DNA of 64,000 nt from Octopus sinensis (taxonomy: Eukaryota): NCBI RefSeq assembly GCF_006345805.1, contig NC_042997.1, positions 72,726,001 to 72,790,000 on the forward strand, given 5' to 3'. How positions within the stretch are numbered: position 1 is the stretch's first letter; the number at the start of each line of letters is the position of its first letter. The position numbers and the translations under genes are program-made. The notes below the pieces were generated by a model. The model made no database searches. It was given only the letters and a program-made list of their open reading frames with translations, and was not told the origin of the DNA. This document shows, in pieces, positions 51,487-64,000 of this stretch.

Positions 51487-51990
51487 TAGCACAAGGCCAG
51501 CAAATTCGGGGAGAGTTAAGTCGATTGCATTGACCCTAGTATTCAACTGGTAATTATTTTATCGACCTCGAAAGGATGAAAGGCAAAGTCGACCTCTACG
51601 GAATCTGAACTCAGAACCTGGGATAATAATATTATTCTACTCTACTCTAGGTACAAGACCCGAAATTTTTGGGGTGGGGACCAGTCGATTAGAACCTCAG
51701 TACGCAACTGGCACTTAATTTATTGACCCCGAAAGGATGAAAGCAAAGTCGACCCCGACGGAATTTGAACTCAGAACATAAAGACAGACGAAATACCGCT
51801 AGCGTGCTAACGTTTCTACCAGCTCGTCGACTTTAAATCATCTTTTCTACTCAAGGCACAAGGCCCGAAATTCTTGGGGAGGGGGCCAGTCAATTAGATC
51901 GAACCTTGTTCGCAACTGATACTTAATTTATCGACCCCGAAAGGATGATAGGCAAAATTGACTTCGTTGGAATTTGAACTCAGAACCTGG
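51487..51990 (-). mobile_element. Three head-to-tail OR-like SINE copies
   Basis: CGAAAGGATGAAAG(G)CAAAGTCGAC..GGAAT(T/C)TGAACTCAGAAC occurs three times (~51570, 51730, 51940). Confidence 0.85.
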
Positions 51991-52029
51991 AATAATAATA
52001 ATATTATTGTCATAAGTCTTGCTTTCGAC

Positions 52030-52058
52030 CTGCCATAAGAAATAACAGCCGAAATGAA
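52030..52058 (-). CDS. Candidate GPCR extracellular-loop-3 microexon (FISAVISYGR)
   Basis: tgtgttttcAG acceptor; the phase 2 end joins the TM7 exon as Arg. The donor GTCGAA is weak. Confidence 0.35.
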
Positions 52059-52159
52059 CTGAAAACACATGAACATCAATAGCAGGAAACAATGAAATAA
52101 AACTATGTATCAGAATGTTATTAATTTAACGAAATTTGGCTATGCACTCAGTATCTTTT

Positions 52160-52760
52160 CAAATTCAAACAAATCATGTTTTCACACCTCGCTGCCCACA
52201 TAGACTGGCAGAGAAACGAGTCCAGTGCAGAGCGATGAGTGCCTTAGTACCGTTTATTCTCTCGCCTAAGACAGACTCAAGTGCCTCTACTTGTTGAATA
52301 TAGTTCCCGTCTTGCAAGTTTACAAACTCAATGCTGCGGTTCACTGTGCTGTGACGAAAATGGTACATTGGTATCTCAGGAATATGCAAGTATACACGTC
52401 ACAAATCACGGTAATTAGTTGTTCTCAGCAGAATTAATCGACGAATGCAATCTTCGAGTGTGTTACGATCTCGAGAAGGTACGGTGTAAAGAAAAAATTC
52501 TTGAGTTTCGCGACACACACTGCCGAAAATCCACTGTTCGGGTAATATTATTCGACCTCGGTTGTACTTTCTTCTCGAAAAGAATGTTTCGTCTGTTTCT
52601 ACAATTCTGCCTGGACCTGCAATCTTCATTGGATTGCGGAGCAAATCTTCAGCGCAAACTTCCCGTAAATAATTTTCATAATCTACTGCCGCAGCTGCAC
52701 CAATCCCTAGTTCGTCCTTTCAAAACCTCCTGGTTCGTCAACACGAACCAGGAGTAGATA
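52160..52760 (-). mobile_element. Merlin (IS1595/ISXO2-like DDE) transposase remnant
   Basis: IAGPGRIVETDETFFSRRKYNRGR..QWIFG..R...FFLYTVPSRDRNTL, then HSTVNRSIEFVN..GNYIQQVE. Confidence 0.85.
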
Positions 52761-53120
52761 AATAAAATTAAACTTCTAAATGGAAGGGTTCCCCCTTCCA
52801 GCCACGTGCCTCTTCTAGCGTACACAGACTCTCAATATTCCTACTACATCTCCAGTATAACCAGCCATGAAATGAAACAAATAATGAAGCGGAGCTGCTA
52901 TGGCAACAAACAGTTTCCATCGCCGTTGTCAGGACAGTGGCTTAAAATTCAATGGCTAAAAATACGTAACATTTAATGTTTCTAACTTGTTTGCTATAAA
53001 TTTTCCAAAATAATGAATGCGGTATTCGTCATTAGCATGCATAACTATATCAAAAGTACAATTTTTGAAAATTTTCAGACTAAAATTTGTGGTTGGAAGA
53101 AATCGAAAAGATCCCCCGCT

Positions 53121-53239
<119 letters not shown>

Positions 53240-53949
53240 CATACAAGAAATGAAAGCTTGCTGATCTTTGCAACTTTGGCCGAGATTCGCCAATCGAAGA
53301 CCAACGTTTCCAGTCCAGCGCACCTTGCAAACTGTTTGACCACATATCTCCAGAAAGCCGCGCCTAATTGGAATCTGACAGCATGTGCCAGCCGCGGTCT
53401 ACCCGCAATCAAAAGTTGGCTTTGTTGTTTCGCTGCACTTCCATTACCCGGGCTTATCGAACTGTTTTTGGGACCCCTGTGTTTCAAAGTACACGATCTA
53501 GCACCAACAGTGCATCATTCATGTTTCGTCTCGAAGAATTAAGAGGACATTCTCGTCGCTAGGACGTCGTTTATGATACCGCTTCTTTGCACCACCTCCA
53601 ATTGATTTACTGACATCCCCTTCTACTCTACCTTTCTCAATTATTACTTCATCGCCTAGGATACGAGTTGCTTCTCTAAGTTTTCTTTTTAACAATATTC
53701 ACCACGTATTATTGATGGTATTATTAATTAATTATCGCCTAACTAGTTCTTGTGCTTTAAATCTTTTCGTCCTGAGCTTAATTTAGTTTCAGGGCTCATA
53801 ACCGAGTCTCTGACTACTTGTCATGGTTGTATTAACTGTACAAAAATACGAATTTGTGTTGGCAAATTTTCGATAAACTTAACGGATAATCTAGTCATAA
53901 ACTTATTTAAATACTACCTGAATGTCCTGCTGCAGACTTTTACAGTCTA

Positions 53950-54400
53950 CAATTATGCATTAGGCAACTGGAGTTTCTGAGAAAATTTACGAGGCTTATA
54001 CACGCTCCCTCCTACCGACTTCACCCACACAATTTCTTCGAAGGTCTAAGATTCTATTCCAGTTGGTCGCAAAACCTGATATTCCGAGGAATGTTTAAAA
54101 ACGTCTAAAAAAATCAGGCCTCTTAGTTCTTGTTGGAACATAAAAGGGCACTAGTCTGAAAGCATTACTGTCAACATTCCTGTTCTTCATATCCAGAACT
54201 AATGCCGTCTAGATCTAGAAAGATCGTACTTACTTTTAGATACAAGCTTTCTGCCACCCACTCGACCCTAGCCGAGAAAACATAGAGTGAACCTCGTCGT
54301 CGACTAGAAGGGAAAAGAGCGAGAGAGTATCTCGAAAATTCGAGTAAAAATGCCTAGTGGCCAGAGGTTGTTAGGTAGGTATCACTGCTTCTACGCCAAT
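53950..54400 (-). mobile_element. Degenerate Tx1-like APE endonuclease fragment
   Basis: TIFLDLDG.LVLDMKNRNV..FRLVPFYVPT...PDFFRRF.TFLG aligns with unit B IFADPEGRLVVMDL..IRLVAIYAPN...DYFRELENFLG. Confidence 0.6.
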
Positions 54401-54884
54401 TCCAAGTCATGTTTATAAATCTAATCTTAGTATGGCAAGTTAAGGGTGAAATGCAGAAACTAAAATCATTCTTATCTATCCTTTTCCTGGACCCTTTAAA
54501 AATCCTTTTCTTGTTTTATTCCTTGTACTGTTGCTTTTGTTGCTAGTACGTTTGCTATTGACTTCGTGCAGTAGATTTTGTTTTATATATTTATATTTTT
54601 TATTTTTTTATATTTTTTGACATGTGTGTATGTATAGAGATGCGTATGTGCATATATCTATGTACATATGTGCGTATGTTGATAGATACACAATATGAAT
54701 GTATATGTATATGTATGAACACGCGCGCGCGCACGCACACACAAAAATACATAGTGAAGGCGCGTGGTCTAGCAGTATTGCGCTCAAGGTCGCAAGATTG
54801 TGATTTCGATTCCTCGAACAAAATACTCTATTTCTACATGTGGCATACGACACGCCATGTACCTGTATTGGCAATGTCCATTTG

Positions 54885-56385
54885 ATAGAGGGAGCTATCT
54901 CTGCCTGGCAGAGTCTCTTCTTGATTCAGGACTGCAGTTCAGTCAAGGAGACGAGCTGGGGAAAGGCCTATTTGACAAACAGCGACCACACCTGTTCACT
55001 GTTTAGGCAGAATATCTGGAGATAGCGCGGCCTCAGCGCATGTCTACGCATCATTAGCCACGGCATGCCCAACCCTCCACGTAAAGCGTGCTGGCACCAG
55101 GTGGACTGCATCACCAATGGAACCTGTCACTTCCACAAGAATTTGAAAAGAAGGCACTCCAACTTGGTGAGGCGCGATAGGAGGAAAGGCACGACAGTCA
55201 GGTGGTAGTAGATGACGGACGCGATGTACACATTCTCCACCTCCGCCCAACCTTTCAGTGACAGCTTCCTTGCAGCCCATTTCTGGATGAGACTCTATTC
55301 TCCACCTCGTCCGAATTCTTATCCACTTAGAGGTCTTTACCAGTCCGTCCGTTCATCGGCCAACGACTCTGTTGGACGCCATGGACTTGCCTCTCCAGGT
55401 GCCGAGCTGCAAGTCCACCGACTTTGCCAGGTTAAATTCGGCTCCTGTCAGCTTTTCATGTTGCTCTAATAATGTGCCGACCACTCGATTTCTGAGGTGT
55501 TCGACACCATCACGGTGATGTCGTCGGCATAAGCCTACTCAGCCCTTCCGCGTCTCGGTTCGAGTATGATGTCCTGCAGCAGCTCCAGCTTCCGTAATAA
55601 ACGTTCAAGAATCAATACATACAGAAGGGAGGAGAAAGGGTGCCCTTGACAGACCGATCGGGAGATATGGAACGGTGGCCATTAACTTTGACCACCGAGT
55701 AGATGCACTGTGCATTGTAGTGATCCAACCTCTGAAAGCGGGGTCGAAGCCAGTTGCGTTGACGACAGCCCTCAGGTACCGATGGTTGACCCAATCAAAT
55801 GCTTATGATTGATCTAAATTGATCAGAGCCCACCAAAGCTAGGTTTACACCCTACCCTTTCTATGATGTATCGCATGAGGTGGAGGTTGTCATGAATGGA
55901 TCTGGTCGGGATTGCGCAGGTTTGCGCCTCCCCACCCAATTTCTCGATGACAAGCATCAACCTCTTCGATAACACCTTGGCCATACTCTTAAACTCTGTG
56001 TTGATCAGAGTTATGGGCATGATGGCTTCTAATGTGTTCCTCTTGTTTTCTTCTTTCCTTATCAACGTCACAACGGGCTGGCTCAGAACTGAAATACTTC
56101 CGTTCTGCTGCCAGTTGCAGTAGAGCGTTTCGAAGAGATCGGAGAATAAGTCTGGCAAATTCCCGTGACCATCCAAACTGGGCGACTTGCGTCACATGTA
56201 GCCGACAAAGGCATCCTGATTTTCGACTGAAGTTATCTGCCTTTTGCAGCGCTCGGAGTCGGCCGTCGCGAGACACGGCATGCTGTTGAGGTAGGGACTG
56301 AAGTCTGATACCGTCTCTGACCCGCCACTCTCCCTCAACAACTGAGCAAAGTGCTGGCGAAACGCCTCACACGTCTGCTTGGAAT
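54885..56385 (-). mobile_element. Degenerate Tx1-like RT fragment, related to unit B
   Basis: LPDLFSDLFETLYCNWQQNG..PITLINTEFKSMAKVLSKRL..AQTCAIPTRSIHDNLHLMRY; AYADDITV at ~55515-55535; colinear with unit B ORF2. Confidence 0.88.
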
Positions 56386-56389
56386 TACC

Positions 56390-57089
56390 AAGAGGTTTTG
56401 TAGGAATTACTACTTCCTATAATGCGCTCCTATATCCACTACTCTTTGTAAATGGTAAAGATGTATACCATTTCGACATAATACCAACAAACCCGAAGAC
56501 TGCATCAACAAGCAGTTTCCTGCATGGACTTCAGTTTGAAAGCATATTCTCCAATTACTCCCACCAACTCGTAATAAGCCAATACTCTTTATTTTTTCAC
56601 TACGTATTCTCATGTGACTGTATAGGCTCAGTTAATGTTTCTATTTCTAAAGCCACACCAGCAATCCAATGTCAACCCTTCGCCTTCTGCAACATTTCAA
56701 CAGTTCCCTTCCACGTTGTAGTCACCCATGCATCCTCTTTCCGGAGTGTACCCATTTACGTACAATATCTCCATTACACCTACATTCATTCGACTGTCAA
56801 CTATACAATGGGTCGTGTTAGACACAGTGCCGGCCGCCGCAAAGGAGAGGATATCCACTGACAGCTTTTCGGTGCGTTCAAATTCATATACACCTCACCC
56901 CCAATTTTCCATGACAGGTTAGGGCTTGGAATCCTCCAAACGGATACATGACATGACGCTTAATCGAATTAGCCCATCATTTACTCCACAAATGCTGCAC
57001 TTTCCCGTATCACATGTTTCAACATAACTGTAATATATATATACAAACTAAACCATTTAATCCGGAGCAATGCGAGACATCTCTGCTAG
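56390..57089 (+). mobile_element. Helitron remnant (Rep/helicase N-region fragment plus CTAG 3' end)
   Basis: SYNALLYPLLFVNGKDVYHFDI resembles the Helitron YDALQYPLLF..GEDGYH motif. Ends CTCTGCTAG|T at 57089. Confidence 0.55.
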
Positions 57090-57204
57090 TATTAAATATA
57101 AACACCAACCTCAAAATGAGAGAATTGGAGTACGGAGCAGGAGAAAGTAGAAATATACTACACAGAGAAGTGTAGAACAAAAATTTGAAAACCGCACTTT
57201 TTTA

Positions 57205-57995
57205 TCTCTATATTATAATTCTAAAATGCAAAAAGTTCGTTTGTCTGGTTTGGCATTAAGAACGGGTTAAAGGCCACTAGATCCCCTCGAATCGACTCCA
57301 AAATTTACAAAGACATGTAAAGTGAGGTGAGGATGCGAGTGAGCTAGGTTAGAAGTCCCCATCTTAAAAGGTGTCGTTGCTAGGGCCAAAAACGCACTTT
57401 GACAAGTCTACTCTCATTTTTTTATGTGTCTGTCTTTCTCCATCTCTCGCTCTCTTTCCTCCCTTCCTTTCACATTCTCTATATAACGTCGTTTCACAGC
57501 GTCTACCTCCCTTCCCTCACTTTCTCTCTATAACGTTATAGAGAGAAAGTGAAAGGAAGTGAGAAAGTAATAATGAGTGAATGAGAATAACGACGAAGGG
57601 TTTAAAAAGCGTAAAAATATTTTCTTTCTCAACTTACTCAAGATCTTTTGTTGTTTATAAATGGGAGAGAGATAGATAGAGAAAGATAGAGAGTAAGAGA
57701 AAGCGAGGGAAAGTCTACTATTTTCCCCCGCGGCCTTCGACAGCGCGGTCACACTCTCTCTCTACGTCTGTCTGCATTCATAGAGAGAATTATCATCGCC
57801 ACTACAATCACACAATCATGAGAACAAATATTATGAATCAGATATTTATTGGGTTAATTTATGTGTGTGTGTGTGTGTGTGTGCTCTATATATAAATATG
57901 TATATATAATGTATATATACAAAGTGTATATATCTGTATTTATATATATATATATATGATTTGTATACATTTATATATATAACGCGTACACACAT

Positions 57996-58033
<38 letters not shown>

Positions 58034-59385
58034 ACACACACACACACATACACACACACATATATATATATATATATATGTAATGTGTGCATTATGTGGC
58101 CGGTTGAGCTGAAAATATGACACCTATGTTAAAAGTGCTAGCGAGTTTGCATGGCAACTATTTTTTTCCTCAAATGAAAGGCGTGACCTCTAGGACAAAA
58201 TTCCTCATCTTATAAAATGTGGCCCGAGCAGACCCGAATGAAATCGGGTTATATTAACCAAAATGTGAAAAGGGGTCTAAATGGGGCTGGAAGGGGATTA
58301 AAATTTACAGGAGCGGGTGTTTAGGAATTCTCTATTACATCAAACTAAAAAATCTGTGCCAGCCTTTAAATCGTCAATGCGTTGCCGTCCATCATGAAGA
58401 AGGTTTGTATACTTGCCATGGTGAGTCTACTGTCGTGAGAAAGAATCACTTCAAAACTTGGTATTTAATAATTTTCTTTTACATCAAGTTCAAAATTTCA
58501 TGCCAGCCGTTAAACTGCCACTACGTTGCTGTCCGCCGTTAAGAAATGCCATGGTGACTCTACTATCCTCAGATTCTATCCCTTCAAACTTTGGTTTCCA
58601 ATATTTTTTTAATTTTTATTCAGCTCGCAAGTTCGTCTGTCCCTTTTAAATGTTAGGTGTGGGCAAAAAACGCACACTTTGACAAGTCTGCTCCCATTCA
58701 TGGCAACTATTTTTTTCTTCAAATGAAAGGCGTCATCTCTAGAACAAAATTCCTCATCTTATAAAATGTGGCCCGAGTAGACCCGAAAGAAATCGGGTTA
58801 TATTAACCAAAATGTGAAAAGGGGTCTAAATGGGGCTGGAAGGGGATTAAAATTTACAGGAGCGGCTGTTTAGGAATTTTCTTTTACATCAAGTTCAAAA
58901 TTTTTCGCCAGCCGTTAAACTGCCACTACGTTACTGTCCGTCGTTAAGAAATGCCAGCCATGGTGACTCTACTATCCTCAGATTTTATCCCTTCAAACTT
59001 TGGTTTCCAATATTTTTGTAATTTTTATTCAGCTTGCAAGTTCGTCTGTCCTTTTAAATGTTAGTGTTTTGCTGTCTGTCTTGAAGCAGACCTTTCCGTT
59101 GTCACTGCTTGATATTTATGATTGATCTTTCAAAATATTTTACTTTCACAACTTACTCAAGATCTTTTGTTGTTTATAAATGGGAGAGAAATAGATAGAG
59201 AAAGATAGAGAGTAAGAGAAAGCGAAGGCGAATCCGAGAGAAAGAAAGAGTAGGAGAGTAGGAAAGTGAGAGAGAAAGGAGAGAGAAACTAAGAGGGATA
59301 ATGTGGTGATAAAAAACAGAAAGGGAGCAACAGAAAGTAACAACCACACTCTTACTCGCGCGTAGAGCGGGTCACTTTAAGCTAG
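57205..59385 (+). mobile_element. Non-autonomous Helitron with internal tandem duplications
   Basis: A|TC start at 57205; subterminal hairpin ACTCGC..GCGGGT; CTAG|T at 59382-85. Internal repeats start at 58150 and 58699; 57625-57712 recurs at 59146-59230. Confidence 0.75.
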
Positions 59386-59629
59386 TTATTTATATTTTGC
59401 TTGTTTCAGTCTTTGGACTTTGGCCTTGCTGGGGCACCACCTTAAAGAGTTTACTTACTCGTATTCTATCGGCCCTTTTTGCCGAACCGATAAGATACGG
59501 TGACATAATCAAACCAACACTAGTTGTCAAGTGGTGGTGGGGACAAACAAGAACACCGCACCCCATCCCATCCCACTCCACACACACCCACAAACCCAGA
59601 CATGCACACACACACATACACACACGCAT

Positions 59630-59995
59630 CACGTTGTCCAGAAAGTTCTGAGCGTTTTTAAACTAAATCTTTTAATACTTCACTGAACACACCTGAAACG
59701 CAACACAGTTAAAACTTTGTTGTTTGAAGTGGTAGTGCATTTCATCTTTGTTCCTGACTAAAAACAGATTTATCTTTCATTCCGGTCACCCTTTATTGAC
59801 ATTTGAAATTGATAACCAAAACTTTCATATTCGCGTCATAATGTTTTTTTCTGTTTTTACAAAAGGAGTAAATACTGCTAAGACTTGTAAAAAATTTTGT
59901 GAAGTTTATGGCGATGATGCTGTTGATGAATTAACTGTTCGAAGGTGGTGTGCAAAATTTTAATTTAGCTTGGAAGATGACAGTTGCAGTGGAAC
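59630..59995 (+). mobile_element. Mariner 5' fragment truncated by a LINE
   Basis: HIRVIMFFSVFTKGVNTAKTCKKFCEVYGDDAVDELTVRRWCAKF..SLEDD is a mariner HTH. Confidence 0.8.
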
Positions 59996-59996
59996 A

Positions 59997-62450
59997 CTTT
60001 CAATACAGGTATGTGCTAAAGCTGTCCGCATAGCAAGGTATGAAAAGCGTGTGAGATTCTTCAAGGACAACAACATGTTCAAAAATAGCCCCAAAACTTT
60101 TTACAGGAAAACAGGGAAAACACCAGATACTGTAAAGTCTGTCCCATCAAAAAAAGAAGTACAGAGACTTGGGAATAAAATTTGGGCAGAAGAAAAAACA
60201 CACAACGAAAAGGCCCCTTGGATTGATAGAATATCTACAGACTTGGACTCCTTAGAGGAGCAAAAGTGGGAGGGTGTCAAGGTAGAAGATATAAGATCTG
60301 CTCTCGGGAGGTCAAGCAAATGGAAGTCTCCAGGAAAGGATAAAATTCCTAACTTTTAGTTGAATGCCTTCCCAGAGAGCCATAAACTGCTAACAAAACT
60401 TTACAACGATGTTTTGCAACACCCTAGTATGATGCCCTCTTGGCTAGTTAATGGTTTAACATTCCTGCTTCCAAAAAGTGAAGAAACAAATGAACCAAAA
60501 AATCATAGACCCATAACCTGCTTAACAGCTATGTATAAAATGCTAACATCTGTCCTGACGGAATATACCTATAGTTTTTTAATACAAAGCAGCATATTCC
60601 CTAATGAACAAACATAATGTAAACGTGGATCCTATGGTTGTAAAGATCAGCTACTCATCAATAAGATGAGATGATCTTAGAAGATTGTTACAAACGACAC
60701 AAAAACTTGTCAATAGCCTGGGTAGACTATAAAAAAGCTTTTGATAGCCTACCACATAGCTGGATTGAGAAATGCCTGGAAATGTATAAAATAGTGCCTA
60801 CTCTGCGAAATATTTTGTCTGTAAGTATCATGGAGAACAACATTAATTTTGAACAGTGATAATGAACCTCTAAATGCTGGTGATGTAAAAATTTCATGTG
60901 GGATTTTCCAAGGCGACTCACTATCAGCACTCCTCTTTTGTTTAGCCTTAATACCTCTCTCAAAATTGCTCAATGATGCACAGTACAGTTATAAAATGCT
61001 CGATAAAAATATAAATCATCTCATTGCAAAAAACGACCAACAACTAAAGGACTTACTAGCGATTGTTAAACAATTCATTGATGACATCAGAATGCAATTT
61101 GGCCTCGATAGATGTGCAAAAGCTACCTTTTGTACATTTACAGTTTCAATATCAGTTTACAGTTTCAATATCATTAAAACTGTTGACAATGCATAGAATG
61201 CACCACCCTAAGGCAGATATAGAACGACTTTATCTGCCTAGAAAAGAAGAAGGCTGTGGACTTTTACAACTGGCATTAACAATGAAGATTGCCACAATTG
61301 GCCTAGACACCTACCTGAAAAACTCTGAGGACTGGATGTTAAAACTTGTCTCAAAACATGAAAACAAGAAAGCATCATACTCAGTAACAAAACAGGCAAA
61401 GGAATATCTAAGTGAATTCCAAATACCACAAATTCTATAATCAGACATACAAGAAACAAGCGCATGAAAACCCGTGCTAAAACTGCTGCTTAGATATTAT
61501 GACTGACAAATGGCAAGAAAAACCTCTCAATGGCAAATACCCAAAGAGAGCGAATTATGCCGATGTTGACGAAGCCCTGACCCATCAATGGCTAATAGCT
61601 TCTGGCTTAAAATCTAAAACAGAAGGGTTTATCATAGCAGCTCAAGATCAATGCCTACCTACAAGGAACTACTAGGCCAACATATTAAAGAACGGCAGTA
61701 GCCCAACATGTCGTGTATGTCAACAACAAAATGAAACCATTGATCATGTTGTTTCCAAGTGCAGTCATCTTGCGCCTACAGAGTATCTCAACAGGCATGA
61801 TAGAGCTGCACAATATATTCACTGGGTAATTTGCAAAAGCCTGGACTTGCCCCATGATAAAAACTGGTGGGAACACAAACCACCTCCAGTGCTTGAAAAT
61901 GATCACATCTCACTCCTCTGGAACTTTACCATTCAAACTGACAGAAAGATAAATGTGAATAAGCAAGGCATCATATTGAAAGACGTCAGACAAAAATCAT
62001 GCCTCCACATTGATATGACTGTTCCAATCGATATAAACGTATCTATCAAGACCAACCAAAAACTGAGCAAATATAAAGATCTGGAAATAGAAATTAGCAA
62101 AATGAGGAACCTGAAGACTAAAACAATACCTGTTGTCATAGGTGCCCTGGGAATGATAGCAAAAGGGACTGATTGCTACCTAGCTCAGATACCAGGAAAC
62201 CCCAAAATGGCAGAAATTCAAAAGATAGTGCTCATGGGAATTGCCCATATCCTACGCAAAATACTTTCTATGTAATCTCAAGTTTTAAAACAAGCATAAT
62301 TTTCTTAAGCATTCTCTAGAACAACACTAAGTACCCTAGGCATAACACCAACATGAACTTCCAACTTGTTGTCTCTTGAGGTCTCTGAGCGAGACTTGGA
62401 GCCAATTTGCACAAATGTAAAGCAAAAGTCAAACAATAATAATAATAATA
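59997..62450 (+). mobile_element. R4/Dong-like LINE, decayed, with 3'UTR and (TAA)n tail
   Basis: WKSPGKDKIPNF, HRPITCL, WVDYKKAFDS, GIFQGDSLS, HHPKADIERLYL, CRVC..ETIDHV, LLWNFTIQTDRKI, VVIGALG; tail at 62434-62520. Confidence 0.92.
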
Positions 62451-62545
62451 AAATAATAATAATAATAATATAATAATAATAATAATAATAATAATATAAT
62501 AATAATAATAATAATAATAATGGGGATGTCTTTGGTTTTCATGAG

Positions 62546-64000
62546 AGGGACTCATGAAAACCAAAGACATCCCCATTAGAAGAGGAATATTCCAGGGAGA
62601 CACGTTATCTCCACTCCTTTTCTGCTTGGCACTGTCACCTCTATCTGATATGCTAAATAGAACTGGATGCGGATATAAATGTTACGGCAAAACGATCAGC
62701 CACCTTTTATATATGGATGACCTAAAACTATACGCTGCAAATGACAAACAGCTGGAAACACTATTAAAGACAGTTCATGGATTTACCAAAGAAATAGATA
62801 TGAAATTTGGATTAGAAAAATGCGCCAAAGTAACCATGAAAAGAGGAAAACTAGTTAAGAGTAGCAACATCACACTAGATAAAACCAATGAAATAAAAGA
62901 ATTAGACCAAAGCCAAACTTACAAATACTTAGGAATCCATGAACTAGATAAGACTCAACACACACAAATGAAAGAGGAAATAAAAAAAGAATATTATAGA
63001 CGAGTTAGATCAATATTAAAAACAGAGCTCAATGCTAAAGACAAGATAATAGGTATTAACATTTTAGCTGTCCCAGTTATAAGTTACAGCTACAATATCC
63101 TTAACTGGACACTAAATGAACTGACCAAAATAGATAGGAAAACAAGAAAAATAATGACAGGATCTAGGATGCATCACCCAAAATCTGACATAGAAAGACT
63201 ATATATACAACGTGTAGAAGGTGGTAGAGGCCTTATACAACTGGAAAACTACTATAAAATAACCACCATAGGATTGCAAAAATATCTACTTCAGAAGGAA
63301 GGAAAACTGGATCAAATAGCGGCAAAACACGAGCGAAACAAAAAAACTGTTCTCAGTATTTAAGGAAGCTGACAAATACAAACAAGAAATCATACCACCT
63401 AATAAATATGAAGAAGAAGAAGAAGAAGAAGAAGAAGAAGAAGAAGAAGAAGAAGAAGAAGAAGAAGAGAAGAAGAAGAAGAAGAAGAAGAAGAAGAAGA
63501 AGAAGATGTAGAAACAACAAAAGCTATAAAACAAATGAAATCCAAACTAAAAATAGAACAGCAACGAACCATGATAAAACGATGGCAAGAAAAGCCCCTT
63601 CGCGGTAAATACTGGACTAAACTAAACGCAAAAGAAATAGACAAAGAAAAAGCCCAGCAATGGTTGAGAAGCTCTGGACTCAAAGCAGAGACAGAGGGAT
63701 TTTTAATTGCAGCACAAGACCAAAGCCTCCCCACCAGAAATTACCAAAAACATATAATGAAAAGAAATATAACAAGTAACTGCAGAATATGCGGAGATGG
63801 ACAAGAAACAATAAATCATATTATCTCTAGCTGCCCAGTCCTGGCTAAGAAGGAATATATTCACAGACATGACAAAGTTGGAACCTACATACATTGGAAG
63901 CTATGCCAACATTATGGAATAACAACAGAAAAAAGATGGTATAGGCACACACCAGAAAAGGTCACAGAAAACGAGAAAGCAACCATACTCTGGGATATGC
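62546..64000 (+). mobile_element. R4/Dong-like LINE, young 5'-truncated copy running off the window end
   Basis: ORF 62554-63363 reads IRRGIFQGDTLSPLLF..LYMDDLKLYA..YKYLGI. After a frameshift it continues to CRICGDGQETINHIISSC..RHDKVG; no in-frame stops apart from indel shifts. Confidence 0.93.
63410..63504 (+). repeat. (GAA)n tract inside the LINE ORF (poly-Glu)
   Basis: Sits between ..IIPPNKY and DVETTKAIKQ.. in the reading frame. Confidence 0.95.

Noticed and set aside
53240-53570. Possible MULE transposase remnant (RNN..GWH)
   Set aside because: Only a loose two-motif likeness; no family could be supported.
54235-54304. Exon-like segment with AG / GTAAGT as an upstream GPCR exon
   Set aside because: It is not hydrophobic, and its open frame is continuous with the Tx1 APE remnant.

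Overview
AT-rich, microsatellite-dense animal genomic DNA. The tRNA-derived SINE set resembles the octopus OR/OK SINEs, so a cephalopod source is inferred, not proven. Two convergent spliced host genes can be read. On + is a divergent four-EF-hand calmodulin-like gene (exons 19033-33694). On - is the 3' end of a rhodopsin-class GPCR (TM7 exon 51065-51225, stop at 48800), whose 5' part is not found in the window. The rest is mostly transposon debris: R4/Dong-like, Tx1-like, RTE and Penelope retroelements, mariner/maT/pogo/Merlin/hAT DNA transposons, Helitrons and SINEs. Three structures stand out. (1) At 7228-14642 an ORF1-only Tx1-like element and a near-intact Tx1-like LINE sit head-to-tail at the same ATGGAGGAAA site inside the ORF1 of a third, older relative. 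(2) At 3762-6091 a 2.3-kb near-perfect palindrome carries an outward-facing type I hammerhead ribozyme at each end. (3) Dong-like elements are embedded in (TAA)n or (TACA)n microsatellites, one with a snap-back hairpin 5' junction. All coordinates were read by eye, and no database search or folding program was run.
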